From Octopus sinensis (Eukaryota), in contig NC_042999.1 in assembly GCF_006345805.1 (NCBI RefSeq), positions 24,862,001 through 24,926,000 of the forward strand: a stretch of 64,000 nt of DNA, in the 5' to 3' direction. The notes below the pieces were generated by a model. It ran no database searches, was not told the DNA's origin, and worked only from the letters and a program-made list of their open reading frames with translations. Made by a program: the position numbers and the translations under genes. Positions 34,921 through 47,500 of this stretch are shown piece by piece (position 1 is the first letter of the stretch; every line of letters starts with the position of its first letter).

Positions 34921-37900
34921 TGTGTGCTATATTTAAAATTTTGTCATTTGTTGAAAGAGCTCTCTTATTCACCTTTTTTTTAAATTATTTCATAAGGTTT
35001 CTGAAAGATTTTCCAAAAGTATTGAGTCTGCTGTGGAATATTGTATGTCAGGTAAGCTTGAAATCATCTTTTTACTTACATGCATTGTCATCTGTTACCA
35101 CTTTGTTTTCCTCTGAACACTCCTTTCTCCAAAACACCCTCCCATCTGTATTATATATTGAAGAGGTCAAGCAACAAAACAGACGTTCCTTCTCACTGAC
35201 CTGAATAAAAACCCTCCATCTACTTTACTGTTACATGTTGGTTAGTCAGCTTCCACATGGGTATTAGACCTGCTTAAAATAGAAGCCAAACTTCTCAAAA
35301 CTAAACCTTACAGTATTTTAAGACATGGATGGATGCATTAGTCTTGGTTTCATGCAATAGGAAAGTTTTGATAGAATTGAGTTGAGGTTACACAACTGCT
35401 ATCACTACTACAATACCAACTCTACTTCATTGTTGATATTTGATCTTCTTCCAGATAATCCAGAACATGCAGTAAGTCTCCTGGATCTACAGAAGAGTAT
35501 ATATGCTGTCTACCAGCCATATCTGAGCAAATATAAACATTTTGAAGAGGTTGCCCTTCAGTGTGAGCTTGATAACATCAGACTGGTGAGTTATTTATTA
35601 TTTTGTTTCTGCAAGTTACACTTTAACTCTTTTATGACCATCAGTCAATCACTCAGAATCCATAACCTAGTCAGCTTTTAAATTGCAGTAATGTTAAGGT
35701 CGGCTATTCATGTTTAAACAACATTGCTTCTCATATCACATGCCACAACAGAAGCAAGCACATACCCGCAAAATTCCCATCCCACACCCTACCTGCAATT
35801 GTCCACTGAGAGGATCTTACCTCTTGAAAGCTATGGTCTAGAGAGCCACTCTCTCACTACCCAATGGTATTTATGAGATACTGCACAGGTATGACAGCCA
35901 ACAACTTCAAGAGAAGATATTCTCAACATATGCACTCCTTCAGATGTAGGTACAGAGAAAGCTTTACTGCTTTATCTAGAGACTTCATGACCATGGCAAC
36001 ACATCACCTAATATCAAAGGGTGTATGCTCAACAGGGCTCCACCTTACTCGTCAGGGGGCTCAAAATTGCCAATTCTGCCTCCAGGAAAGGTTGCACATA
36101 CATCAACAATAGAAACCCTGAAATTTCATATTTGCTCCAGGAATCAGTCCGAAGAAGGTTTGCAAAGGTTTTTTTGAAATTTTCTCTTAACCAAATTCTT
36201 TTACTTTCTCTTATTAAGGATCATGAGGAAATTGTTGATTCTATTGGTTTACTTGGAGAATCTGTCAGCAAGCTGATGTCTTCTGCTAAAAAGGTTTGTA
36301 TTATTAAGCCTTTTCATTTAAAACCAAAACATTTCTGTCAACTGTCAGACTGTCTATGACTAATTAACGACATTCTTCAATCTTAATTATCCATTCTCTT
36401 ATGTAAAATACCAAACTGGTTTGTCATTCTAAACATTGTTCTTCACAGCACACAATCACATACAAACCACAAACCATCACCATTATCATCATCTATTCCC
36501 ACCCAATAAACAAGTCTTGGCTATATTTCTGCTATTAGGTCAGTTAATGTATGGTTATATATGGAGTGTATTTGCAATTTGCTAATATCTGTATTGCTAA
36601 TGATTTGTATGTGAATGGCAAATCTAGAATTTCTCTTTTATAACCTATTTTTGATGGTTTACTGAGAGGAGAAACCTCAATTCATTTTCAGTGCTTCAAA
36701 AACTTGTATGACAAGAGGTAGTTATTCTCAGTTCAGTGATCCAGCCTTGGTGCCTGCCATAGAGTGTTCTCCACTAAAGGCATCAAAGAACCAGACAGTG
36801 AAGCCAGGCAACAAAGTTAGCCCACCACTTAAGACAGGAACACTCCTTTTGAATAGCTTACACCCAGTTTCTGTTGACTAAATTTCACTCAAGTCTTTGG
36901 TTGATTTGAGGCTGTGGTAGAAGACACTTGCTCAAGGCTTCATGCAGTGGAATCAAACCCAGAACCTTGAAGTTGCTAAAAGATGCTCTTTATCAGACAG
37001 TCATACTTCTACTCATAACTGTTAATCTCTTTCATCCTGTTGGTAGATATTTGTGATGGGACCATGATACAGAGTTCCACATGACATCTGTTGTACTTAG
37101 CAACGGAGCCCTTGTACAGGAAAAGGTTAAGATGAAGAACCTCAGATCATACTGTGGACTGAGAGAAATTAGAATTTAATTTGTTGTGGGTGCTGGTTTT
37201 GGTTAATGTAACAATACCAACAGGTAGATATTTATATTTAGCTACGATCATCTTCATCATTATCAAGTCCATAAGCACCACTAGCATCACTGTCATCATC
37301 ATTACCTTTAAGTCCACCACCATTACCATTTGGAATATTCTGCAACATCTCAGACCTTGTTTATTAATGAAAGTAAATTTTACATTTTAGGCTAATGAGA
37401 GGTGTATCCAGTTTACTGATGGCTTTGGATATCTGTACTTATTGGAAGCCCTAAAGGTATGTCATTATATAGTATATACCAAGGTATACTGACAAACATT
37501 TACACACATACTCACTGACCCAAGACACACACACACACACACAAAGTGCAAGCATGGTTTTATAATTAAGAAGATTACTTTGCAACCATGAGGGTTTTGG
37601 GTTCCATCTCACTGAATGGCATGACCAATAACTTTGAGGCGAATTTATGAGATGTAAAGTGCTTGGAAACTCATTATTTGTGTGTGTGTGCATATCTTCA
37701 CACTGGCACTATCTGAGCAAAACAGAAACATTGTTTATGCCCCTTATAAGCAGTGTCCCTTAATTTAAAAAGCAAGTACACGTTGGCAACAGGCAGGGCA
37801 TCCCACCATAAAATATTGCCTCAGTAAATGCCCAGCCTATACCAGCATGGTAAAAACAAACTATAAAACAATGAAAACATCATAAGATATATTTGAATAT

Positions 37901-40900
37901 GCCTTTATATATTTTGCATTCTTTTATTCTTTAGATGTTCTATATCAGTTACTGCCGAGAGTTCAAGAGAGTTCTGTCAAATGTAAGGGCTAAGTGTTAT
38001 ATTGGTCGACAGCAGGAAGATTTTGAAGATTGGTCTTTATTTCAACAATCCTTACGGATGATTCAAATCTGTGGTCTGTATGCAGTATACTCCTTTCATT
38101 GTTTCTCATTTCTCTTATGTATTTGTGTATTCATGTGTTTGATTTACAGTAAGTGATTTTGTGTCGAGTCTCTTAACCTGTTGGAAACTTAAGTCAACAA
38201 AAAAATTCTCTGGGTAGTTGTGGTTCTAGAAAATGCAGCTATGTACTTCTCAAATCACAATGTACTGTCTAAAAAGAAAAGGACACATTGAACAATGTAA
38301 ACTTAGATATACTATGTCTCATGTAAAATGAAATGCTTACTGCTGAAATGGCTTTGATTATAGGTTCCCGGAATAGGGCTGTCCTAAGACAGTCCTAGTC
38401 TTGTGGTCCTGTAGTCAAACATTGAAACATAGGAATCCCTCTGACGTCTCTGTCTTCATGTGAATTTTGAGAATATTTAGCAGCTAGAGCTCTTCACAAC
38501 TCTAGCAAGGATTGAACTTTACATGGGGAAATAAAACTCTTATCAATTTGACAGTATTACCAATGTTTTCAGCAACAACTTGTTTTTAGTTTGTTGCTAC
38601 TTCTTTGCAGCTTTATGGACCGTATCGAGTGATACAGTCCATATAGCTGCAAATAAGTAGCAACAAACTAAAAACAATGAAGATATTTGCAGACATGATA
38701 GTGCTGATGACAAGACCTTCAACAACAGTTTCCATATCCTGTAGTCCATAATATTAGTGATATTGTGGATTTTTCATTGTTAATCTATTTCAATCTAATC
38801 CAATAGCAAGGTCAACAACTTCCTTAACCCTTTCGTTACCAACCCGGCTGAAACCGGCTCCGGCTCTGTACTATAAATGTCTTGTTTTCATAAGTTTTGA
38901 ATTAAAATCTTCCACCAAACCTTAGTCACAATTTACGTTCCTAACACTAGCTTAATGATAACTAAGTTATTTTGCTAAATATTTTGTTATATTTAAAGTA
39001 ATTGAAAGAAGCACAGAGAATCTTAAAATAAATACAGTAACGAAAGGGTTAAACCCTTATTAAACTGCAAAATCTATTTAGTAACAAACTTTCTCCAACA
39101 TAATGGTGACAGATCAGATAGTATAACGTATCAAATTCTCATTTAGTTATCCACACGGCAACCCATAGATCAAGTTGTCATCAGCATCATTGCTATTCTC
39201 CTCCTCCTTTATGTATTATATCTTGTAGAGCCAGCTCCAGCCTTATAGTCTGAGGCATTATCATCATCATCATCATTGTTCGATCGTGGTCGAGACAATG
39301 GAATTTACTATGCTACGCCAGACTTCACGGTCCATCATAGCATTACAGAGGTCCTGTTGCTGGATGCCTGTATCCCTGGAGATTACATCAGGGTAGGAGA
39401 GTGTGTGCCCTCTGGTATTGCGAGTAGATGGCTTCCAGAGGAGAAGAGTAGAAATTACTTCTTTTTCAGCTCTACAACAATGTCCAGCAAACTGGACTCT
39501 CCTACCCTTCACAAGAGATGACACAGGTGGTAGTTTCCCATATATTTGCATTTTGGTTGGATGACGCTTCCATGAGAGATTTTGAGCTCTCATAAGGAGG
39601 CAAGTGTAGGTTCCATCCAACCGCCTCTCAAGCTTTGATAACGTCCAGGTTTCTGAGCCATATAGTAGAATTGGTTCGACTGTGGCTTCACAGTCGAGGC
39701 ATTATACAGGAAGATAGTTAATTAAACAGCACATAGTATGGAGGTTGTTCCCAGTAGTGTGATCTACTTTGTTGGTATTGATGTTACTCAGGATATAGTT
39801 GATAATATTTTCCACTTTTCTGTTAATGAGTCATAGATCTTTGAGGACCACTGGTGTTATTTTGTTCTTCAAACTCCACATCTTGGGATTGATAAAATAA
39901 AGTACCGGTCAAGTACTAGGGTCAGTGGTACTAATTAACTCCTATCAAAGATGCTGGCTTTGTGCCTAAATCAAAGCCCGAAGAGGAAAATAAGGGTGGA
40001 GAGGGAAGTGTTGCTTTCTAGCCATTTTGTTGAAAGGTGGATGAGAGTGGTGAGAATGGCGTGAGTGAATGGGGCCCATCCTGAGTATATGTCTGTAAAT
40101 CAGAGATAAGGAACTAAGAAGAGGCAGCAATCCCAGAATAGCCCTCGAACATTTCCTCCCTAATTGTGAAAATGTTATTACTTTTTTTTTGTTACTCCTA
40201 TTTACACAAATAGACACATACACTCAGTGTTTTGTCTTGTGCCATCCTTAAGGTTTTTCTTTGTGTAAACCATTTCTAGCCAATAGAGAAATCATCATTA
40301 TTATTTTTTAGACTATTGTAGCCTCTAATTTTATGTCTTTTAATTGACTTGTACCACATTCCTTTCGTCTATATCTATATTTATGTGAATATAGTCTGTA
40401 AGAGCTAGGGAGTGGATTCAGCCTATACATTAGACCAAGGTCCTGAATGCCAAGGAGGACCTCCCCTACTCACTAAAAAAATCACAGTCCCCTTGGATTT
40501 TGAGCAACATTTCCCTCTACTCAGGACCCAAATGCATTCTTATTCAGCTTTACCAAATTTGTTTGGAAGGCCCTGTGTGTATATATATATATATATCTGA
40601 TCGGGCAGTCTTCTAAACTCTACAGTTCTGTCAAAAGTGAAGACTTCTTTTGTTATTCAGTTTACTCTATATCTTTATATATAAAAGTGAGGTTGTGTGC
40701 TGTCTGTCTCCTTCGATTTAGATTCCTAACTACTCCCACATTTTGTGGTGCAGTTTAACCAAAACCGGGTATCTTATAGTCGTGATTCATATCAAGCCCT
40801 TCTGGGTATTAGCGCACGTCTACGATGAGTCTACGATTTAAAAAAAAATTTACCATAAATTTTTCCCATTTTTAATGCATTTTTGGCATACATAAGGGAA

Positions 40901-41491
40901 GTAACTCTCTAAAAATTTATTAGTAAAGCTCAGAACGTAAAAAGCTACAGTAACACCCCCCCCCCACCTTTGTGGTTAGCCATATTGAGATGGCTATTAT
41001 ACTTTACATCTCTAAAAATGCTTATATAGTTATTTCCCTTACAAACCTGAGCAACGCCGGGCGATACTGCTAGTTTATTATACTTTGATTGTCTTAATAG
41101 ATGTTTGTTATTGTTGTTGCATTCAGGCGAGTTGATCATACAAACTGAAGAACTTGATAAAACCCTCATCAACAATATCATCTCAACCTTAGGCAAGTAC
41201 TTCTTACCCAGTCAGCATTCACCACTGAAAGAAACTACTGATAAAAAGTAAGTCACACCTATATTAAGTAACAATTACTCTTTTACTCTTTACTCTTTTC
41301 AGTCATTTGACTGCGGCCATGCTGGAGCACCGCCTTTAGTCGAGCAAATCGACCCCGGGACTTATTCTTTGTAAGCCCAGTACTTATTCTATCGGTCTCT
41401 TTTGCCGAACCGCTAAGTTACGGGGATGTAAACACACCAGCATCGGTTGTCAAGCGATGTTGGGGGACAAACACAAAACACACACACACAT

Positions 41492-41586
<95 letters not shown>

Positions 41587-44500
41587 TATAGCCTCAGCCC
41601 CACCAAAGCCTTATGAGTGGATTTTGTACACAGAAACTGAAAGAAGACTTTCGTATATATGTGTATATCTGTATGTCTGTGTTTGTACCCCCACCATCAC
41701 TTGATAACTGATGTTGCTGTACTTACCTTCCTGTAACTTAGCCTTTTGGCAAAATGCACTGATAGAATAATGCTTAGCTGCATTTTGGCCATTACATTCT
41801 GAGTTCAAATTCCACCAAGGTTGACTTTGCCTTTCAACCCTTCGGGGTCGTTAAAATAAGTATCACTTGAATACTGGGATCAGTGTAACTGACTTAAGCC
41901 CCCCCCCTCCCCCCAAATTGCTGGCCCTGTGCTAGAATTCAAAACCATTATCATTTAGTTTTTTCATATTTGCTACTTGACAAAAATTTTTCTATATGGC
42001 CCAAGTAAGATTACCTTACCACACACTCACACATACATCCACATATATGAACCACTATCACCACCATCATCCTCACTGTCACCACACCACCACCACCACC
42101 ACCACCATCATCCTCACTGTCACCACACCACCACCACCACCATCATCCTCACTGTCACCACACCACCACCACCATCATCCTCACTGTCACCACACCACCA
42201 CCACCACCACCATCATCCTCACTGTCACCACACACCACCACCACCATCATCCTCACTGTCACCACACCACCACCACCACCACCATCATCCTCACTGTCAC
42301 CACCACCACCACCACCATCATCCTCACTGTCACCACACACCACCACCACCACCACCACATCATCCTCACTGTCACCACCACCACCACCACCATCATCATC
42401 CTCACTGTCACCACACCACCACCACCACCACCACCACCATCATCATCCTCACTGTCACCACACCACCACCACCACCACCATCATCCTCACTGTCACCACA
42501 CCACCACCATCATCCTCACTGTCACCACACCACCACCACCACCACCATCATCCTCACTGTCACCACACCACCACCACCACCATCATCCTCACTGTCACCA
42601 CCACACCACCACCACCACCACCATCATCCTCACTGTCACCACACCACCACCATGACCAAACTCTACCAGTCTTAGAGACTCAACAACATCTATGGGTGTT
42701 GTCCTTGTCTTCTCTAAACTTTAAAATATTAAAATTTCTAAAATCTTGACTGTTACTCAAATGTTTCTTAATATTTGACTTAAATCTCATATTTTGTGTA
42801 CAGGACTGGCAAGAAAGTGTCTCTCTTCCAGCGCCATGCTTCCCTTTTGCTGGAAGATGAAGCAGATATAGAAATTCTTGAAGAGTTTGTCTTGAAACTT
42901 GAGGAAGGTAAATACTTTTGGAAATCATGTTACTAAAAAGAAATTTTATTTTTTAAGTTGGGTTGCCATCATTATGGTTCAGTTCCACTGTACAGCAGTG
43001 TCTTCTACTATTGCCCTGGGCCAACTAAAGCCTTATGAGTGGATTTGGTAGATAGAAACTGAAAGAAGCCTGAGCCTCGCCTGGCCTCCGTGCCGGTGGC
43101 ACGTATAAAGCACCATCCGAACGTGGCTGTTTGCCAGCCTCGTCTGGCACGTAAAACGCACCCACTACACTCATGGAGTGGTTGGCGTTAGGAAGGGCAT
43201 CCAGCCATAGAAACATTGCCAGATCAGACTGGGCCTGGTGCAGCCTTCTGGCTTCCCAGACCCCAGTTGAACCGTCCAACCCATGCTAGCATGGAAAGCG
43301 GACACTAAACGATGATGATGATGATATATAGATAAATAATTTAAACTGAAGAATATTATTATTATTAGTCAATAAATGCAACAGAACATCTGTTTGTATT
43401 TTCACATTGTTTAAACACAATTTTATAATATTTTGGCACACTGGTGTACTGCAGTACACCATATGTAAACCATTATCCTATACTATACACCATGTAAAAT
43501 TATGATTCCTCTTGAAAGCTATATCTTTCTACTCTCTAAATCTCATATCTATAGAATTTATTCTGAGAAAACTTTGATAGAAACATGTAATTTATCTTCT
43601 TCTGCAAATCTGTTATTTGACTTTATGCTTTCTATCAATTTTACATTCTGAAACCAAATTTGTTGAAACTATGGACAAATATAGAAATTCTAGAAGAGTT
43701 TGCCTTTCTTGATGTATGAAGGGCATAACATACACTCTTTCTCTTCAGAAATTGACAAACCCAAAATATGATCTAGAAACTTCCATGGGAAACTTCTTCA
43801 GAGTTTTTTTGAAACACAAAATCTCTGTATTTAGATGGTTTTGTTACTGTTGGAACAAAATAAATGGTTTTGTCACTTTCGATGATTTTATAACTATTGG
43901 CAGAATTGGAAAAAAAACATCTTGTGTTATGTAGTTGGATCCCTCTACATTCTGAGTTTAAACCTGGCTGAAACTAACATCTAAGATCAAATAAAAATAC
44001 CAATTAAGTACTTGGGATGTTTTATCAGGTTCTACCCATCCCCTTACATTTGTGGCCATCTACCAGAGTGAAATCTTATTTGACTATCAGTTGGTAGAAG
44101 TGACAGGATATGATGTGTCTCTTAATTCTTTATGGAGTCATAGGGGTATCGTTGTTATATAGGTGTTCTGCTTAGAACCCATTCCTCTCCAGATCTGAAC
44201 ATAGGTAACCCCATTTATAACTTATTTTAACAACTCCAAAAGGATGAAAGGTAAAAATGGCCTTAGTGGGGTTTGAATTTGCATCACAGAGAGGTAGAAC
44301 AAATGCCAAAAGGCATTATAATATAATAATAAAATTATTGTATACAGTGCTCAGGTGCACCACAACTTGTCAAAAAGTGCGTATAATGTATATGCAGTAA
44401 TGTACAAATGTCTGGGAAGTGAACAGTGTATGAGTCAGATACATACTTGCGTGTGTATGGAGGGGACAAAATCGGTTGTAGTGTTGGTGAATCTCAGAAA

Positions 44501-47500
44501 GCATGGAAGTTTTGAAGGATGCAGTGCTCCGACAACTAGCAACTGATGCCGGCAGTTTGTTCCATGCTTCAGCAACTCTCAGTGTGAAAACATGTTTCCT
44601 AAAGTCATGGGAGCTGTGCTGTTTTCTGACTTTGTAAATATGTCCACGGGTGTTAGACGGGTGGAGTTTGAAAAGGTGCTCAGAGTTATTGTTTGTACGA
44701 TGGTTGATAATTTTATGGGTGTCTGTCAAGTCAGCTGCCAGACGTCGGAGTTTCAATGTGTCCATGCCCAGGGAAGTAAGGCGTTCAGAATATGGCAAAT
44801 TCTATCTGATGTTATTAAGTATGTTTCCATGATGGACAAAATGCCAAAATTAGTTATGTCCCTTCTGAGTTCAATTCCCCTGTGGTCACTATTATAGTTC
44901 ATCCTTCTGGGGTTAATTTAATCCACTGTTCCCATCCCATAAATTTATGGCCCTTATGTCTTAATCAGAAATTATCATCATCATCATCATCATCATCTAA
45001 CTTTCTCTCTCCTTCAGGTGATACACCGTCAGTGTTGTCTGATGTTACCAAGGAAATGTTCAAACTCAGTCAGGAAGTGCACAAGTTTGGTTTTGATATT
45101 GTTTTTGCTCAGCTCAAGAAACATCTCATTGGAATGGCCAACATGGAGGTTAGTAACAGTTTATGACAGCAAACTTATGAGTAAATAACATGTGGAACTA
45201 GTATCTCAGATGTTGTCAGTTCAGATCCGTTGTAGGTGTTTTTTGTTTAGTTTCAAATCAGCTGTGATCAAGCAGTCCCATGATTTAAAAGAATGGTCCT
45301 ACCATGATGATCCTGTCTTTATTTCAGATATAGTGTACTCTGGATTACAAAGTCCAGTGTGTCTTTTAGACAATAAGATTCAGTTTGAGGGAGGTTTAGC
45401 TGCTATTTTTAGCAGGTTGATTAACTGTGTAGAGATTCCTTCTTTGATTCAACAAATATTTCCAGGTAGAATGCTTTATTCCACATTACTTTGGTTCATG
45501 TTGTTGTTGACACTACATCATCTGGGAATGTTACTCGTGATAGACTGGTTTATTTCCAGAGACAGGTTTGTTTCTCATTCACTTTACATCATGAAACCAG
45601 ATCTGATCACAAATCCTTAAAAAAATCCATCAACACTTGTGAAACATTTAGAAAAATGTAGATTCTATAAAGTATGTGACTCTAACAGTTGAAGGATCGT
45701 GATTTTGATCTTGTTGAGTTTCAATGGAAAATCAAAATCAAAATCAAATTCGATGACTGGTGCCCGTGCTAGTAGGGTGCCAAGAGCACCATCCTAGCAT
45801 CCTGTGAGCTATGAACTCACTTCATTTGTCAGGTCTTCACAGTCACAGCATATCTCAGGGGTCTCGGTTTTCGTCATTTCCTCTGTGAGGCCCTACGTGC
45901 CACCGGCACAGGTATCACAACTACAATATCCATACAATTTTAATTTTGATGTTGATGAACTTGACACACTAGGTCATCTCATTGTTTCTTGAAAAACTTC
46001 CAAAATTTCCATTAAAAGACCCAAATCCTTTTCTTTAAATTTTTGTTCCAATTCTATTTCAATTTTCTAATTTGCAGGTGTGGACATCCCTGAGTGCTGG
46101 AACAGCCATAACCTCTGACCTTCCTGCATTTAGTCTTTCACCTCAAGAATACATCACAAAGGTAAGACTATTACTTCTGTTTGTTGATTACTTCAATTCA
46201 TACAATAGATGGTGTATTTAGTGATAAAATTTAATGTAGTGTTGGTGGTTATATGGTCAATGATTTGATTAAACCATCACTATATCATTTACTATAGGTA
46301 TTTCATAGTATCATCAGTTGATATAATCAGAAATTAACTTTAACTCTTTACTAACTGATCAGTGTTTGAAAGACCTTTCTATTCCTATTAGTGGAAAGGA
46401 CATTTTCTCTCTTTTCTATCTTTTACTTGTTTCAGTCATTTGACTGCGGCCATGCTGGAGCACCGCCTTTAGTCGAGCAGATCGACCCCAAGACTTATTC
46501 TTTGTAAGCCCAGTACTTTTTCTATCGGTCTCTTTTGCCGAACCGCTAAGTGACGGGGACATAAACACACCAGCATCGGTTGTCAAGCAATGCTAGGGGG
46601 ACAAACACAGACACACAAACATATACACACACATACATATATATACATATATACGACGGGCTTCTTTCAGTTTCCGTCTACCAAATCCACTCACAAGGCA
46701 TTGGTCGGCCCGGGGCTATAGCAGAAGACACTTGCCCAAGATGCCACGCAGTGGGACTGAACCCGGAATTTTAATGAAATTTTCAGATTATTTTGTGTTT
46801 CCTAATCTGATATTTTTAATGCTGGTAATTCCAGTTGTAATTAACTTCTCACTTGTCTCTCAAAGTTTCATATGGAATTACAAATCAATGAATAATAAAA
46901 TCTATTACAAATCAATAAATCTATTATAAATCAATCAACTGAAATTGTGAAAAGTTTCATCTTACATTGAACTTCAAATTCAAATCAAATTTAAGCTTAA
47001 ACTAAATGAAACATTAATTTCTTTTCTTTTTTGTGAGTAAATTTGGGTTTAGACATTTCTATCTGATGTTTGATTGTGACATTTTATATCTTTTTTAATT
47101 TATGAAATTAAAAACAAAAATTGAGAAAAAATTGAATAGAACTTTCCATGTTGATTGCAGGTGCATGTGTGTCTATATACATATGTATATGTATTGTATA
47201 TTGTGAATATGTGTATGTTGTGTGTGTGTGTCTATGTATATAATGTATACATATGTGTATCATGTGGCTATAAAATAGATATTGTAGTTTGGTTATGTTA
47301 AGCCAGCCAAGAATTGTGCTCCTTACTTGACAAAATTATGTTTTAGCTCAAAAACTATTTGTTCATGTCAGTTAAATCAAGCTCCAGTTGGTTTAGAAGG
47401 AAGTATTATCTTTGTTGGACTTAAAATATTTGGGAGTTGGCTGGTAAAAAAACTCTGGAGGTTATGGCCACTACTCTGTCTCCTAACTTGGCTGGACATG

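Noticed and set aside
18122-38080. U12-type introns as the explanation for the weak donors
   Set aside because: No donor has the RTATCCTT signature; all are GT-AG U2-like.
41977-42675. His/Thr/Pro-rich ORFs of 232 and 219 aa
   Set aside because: They come from a minisatellite inside a COG7 intron, with no splice or start context supporting a gene.
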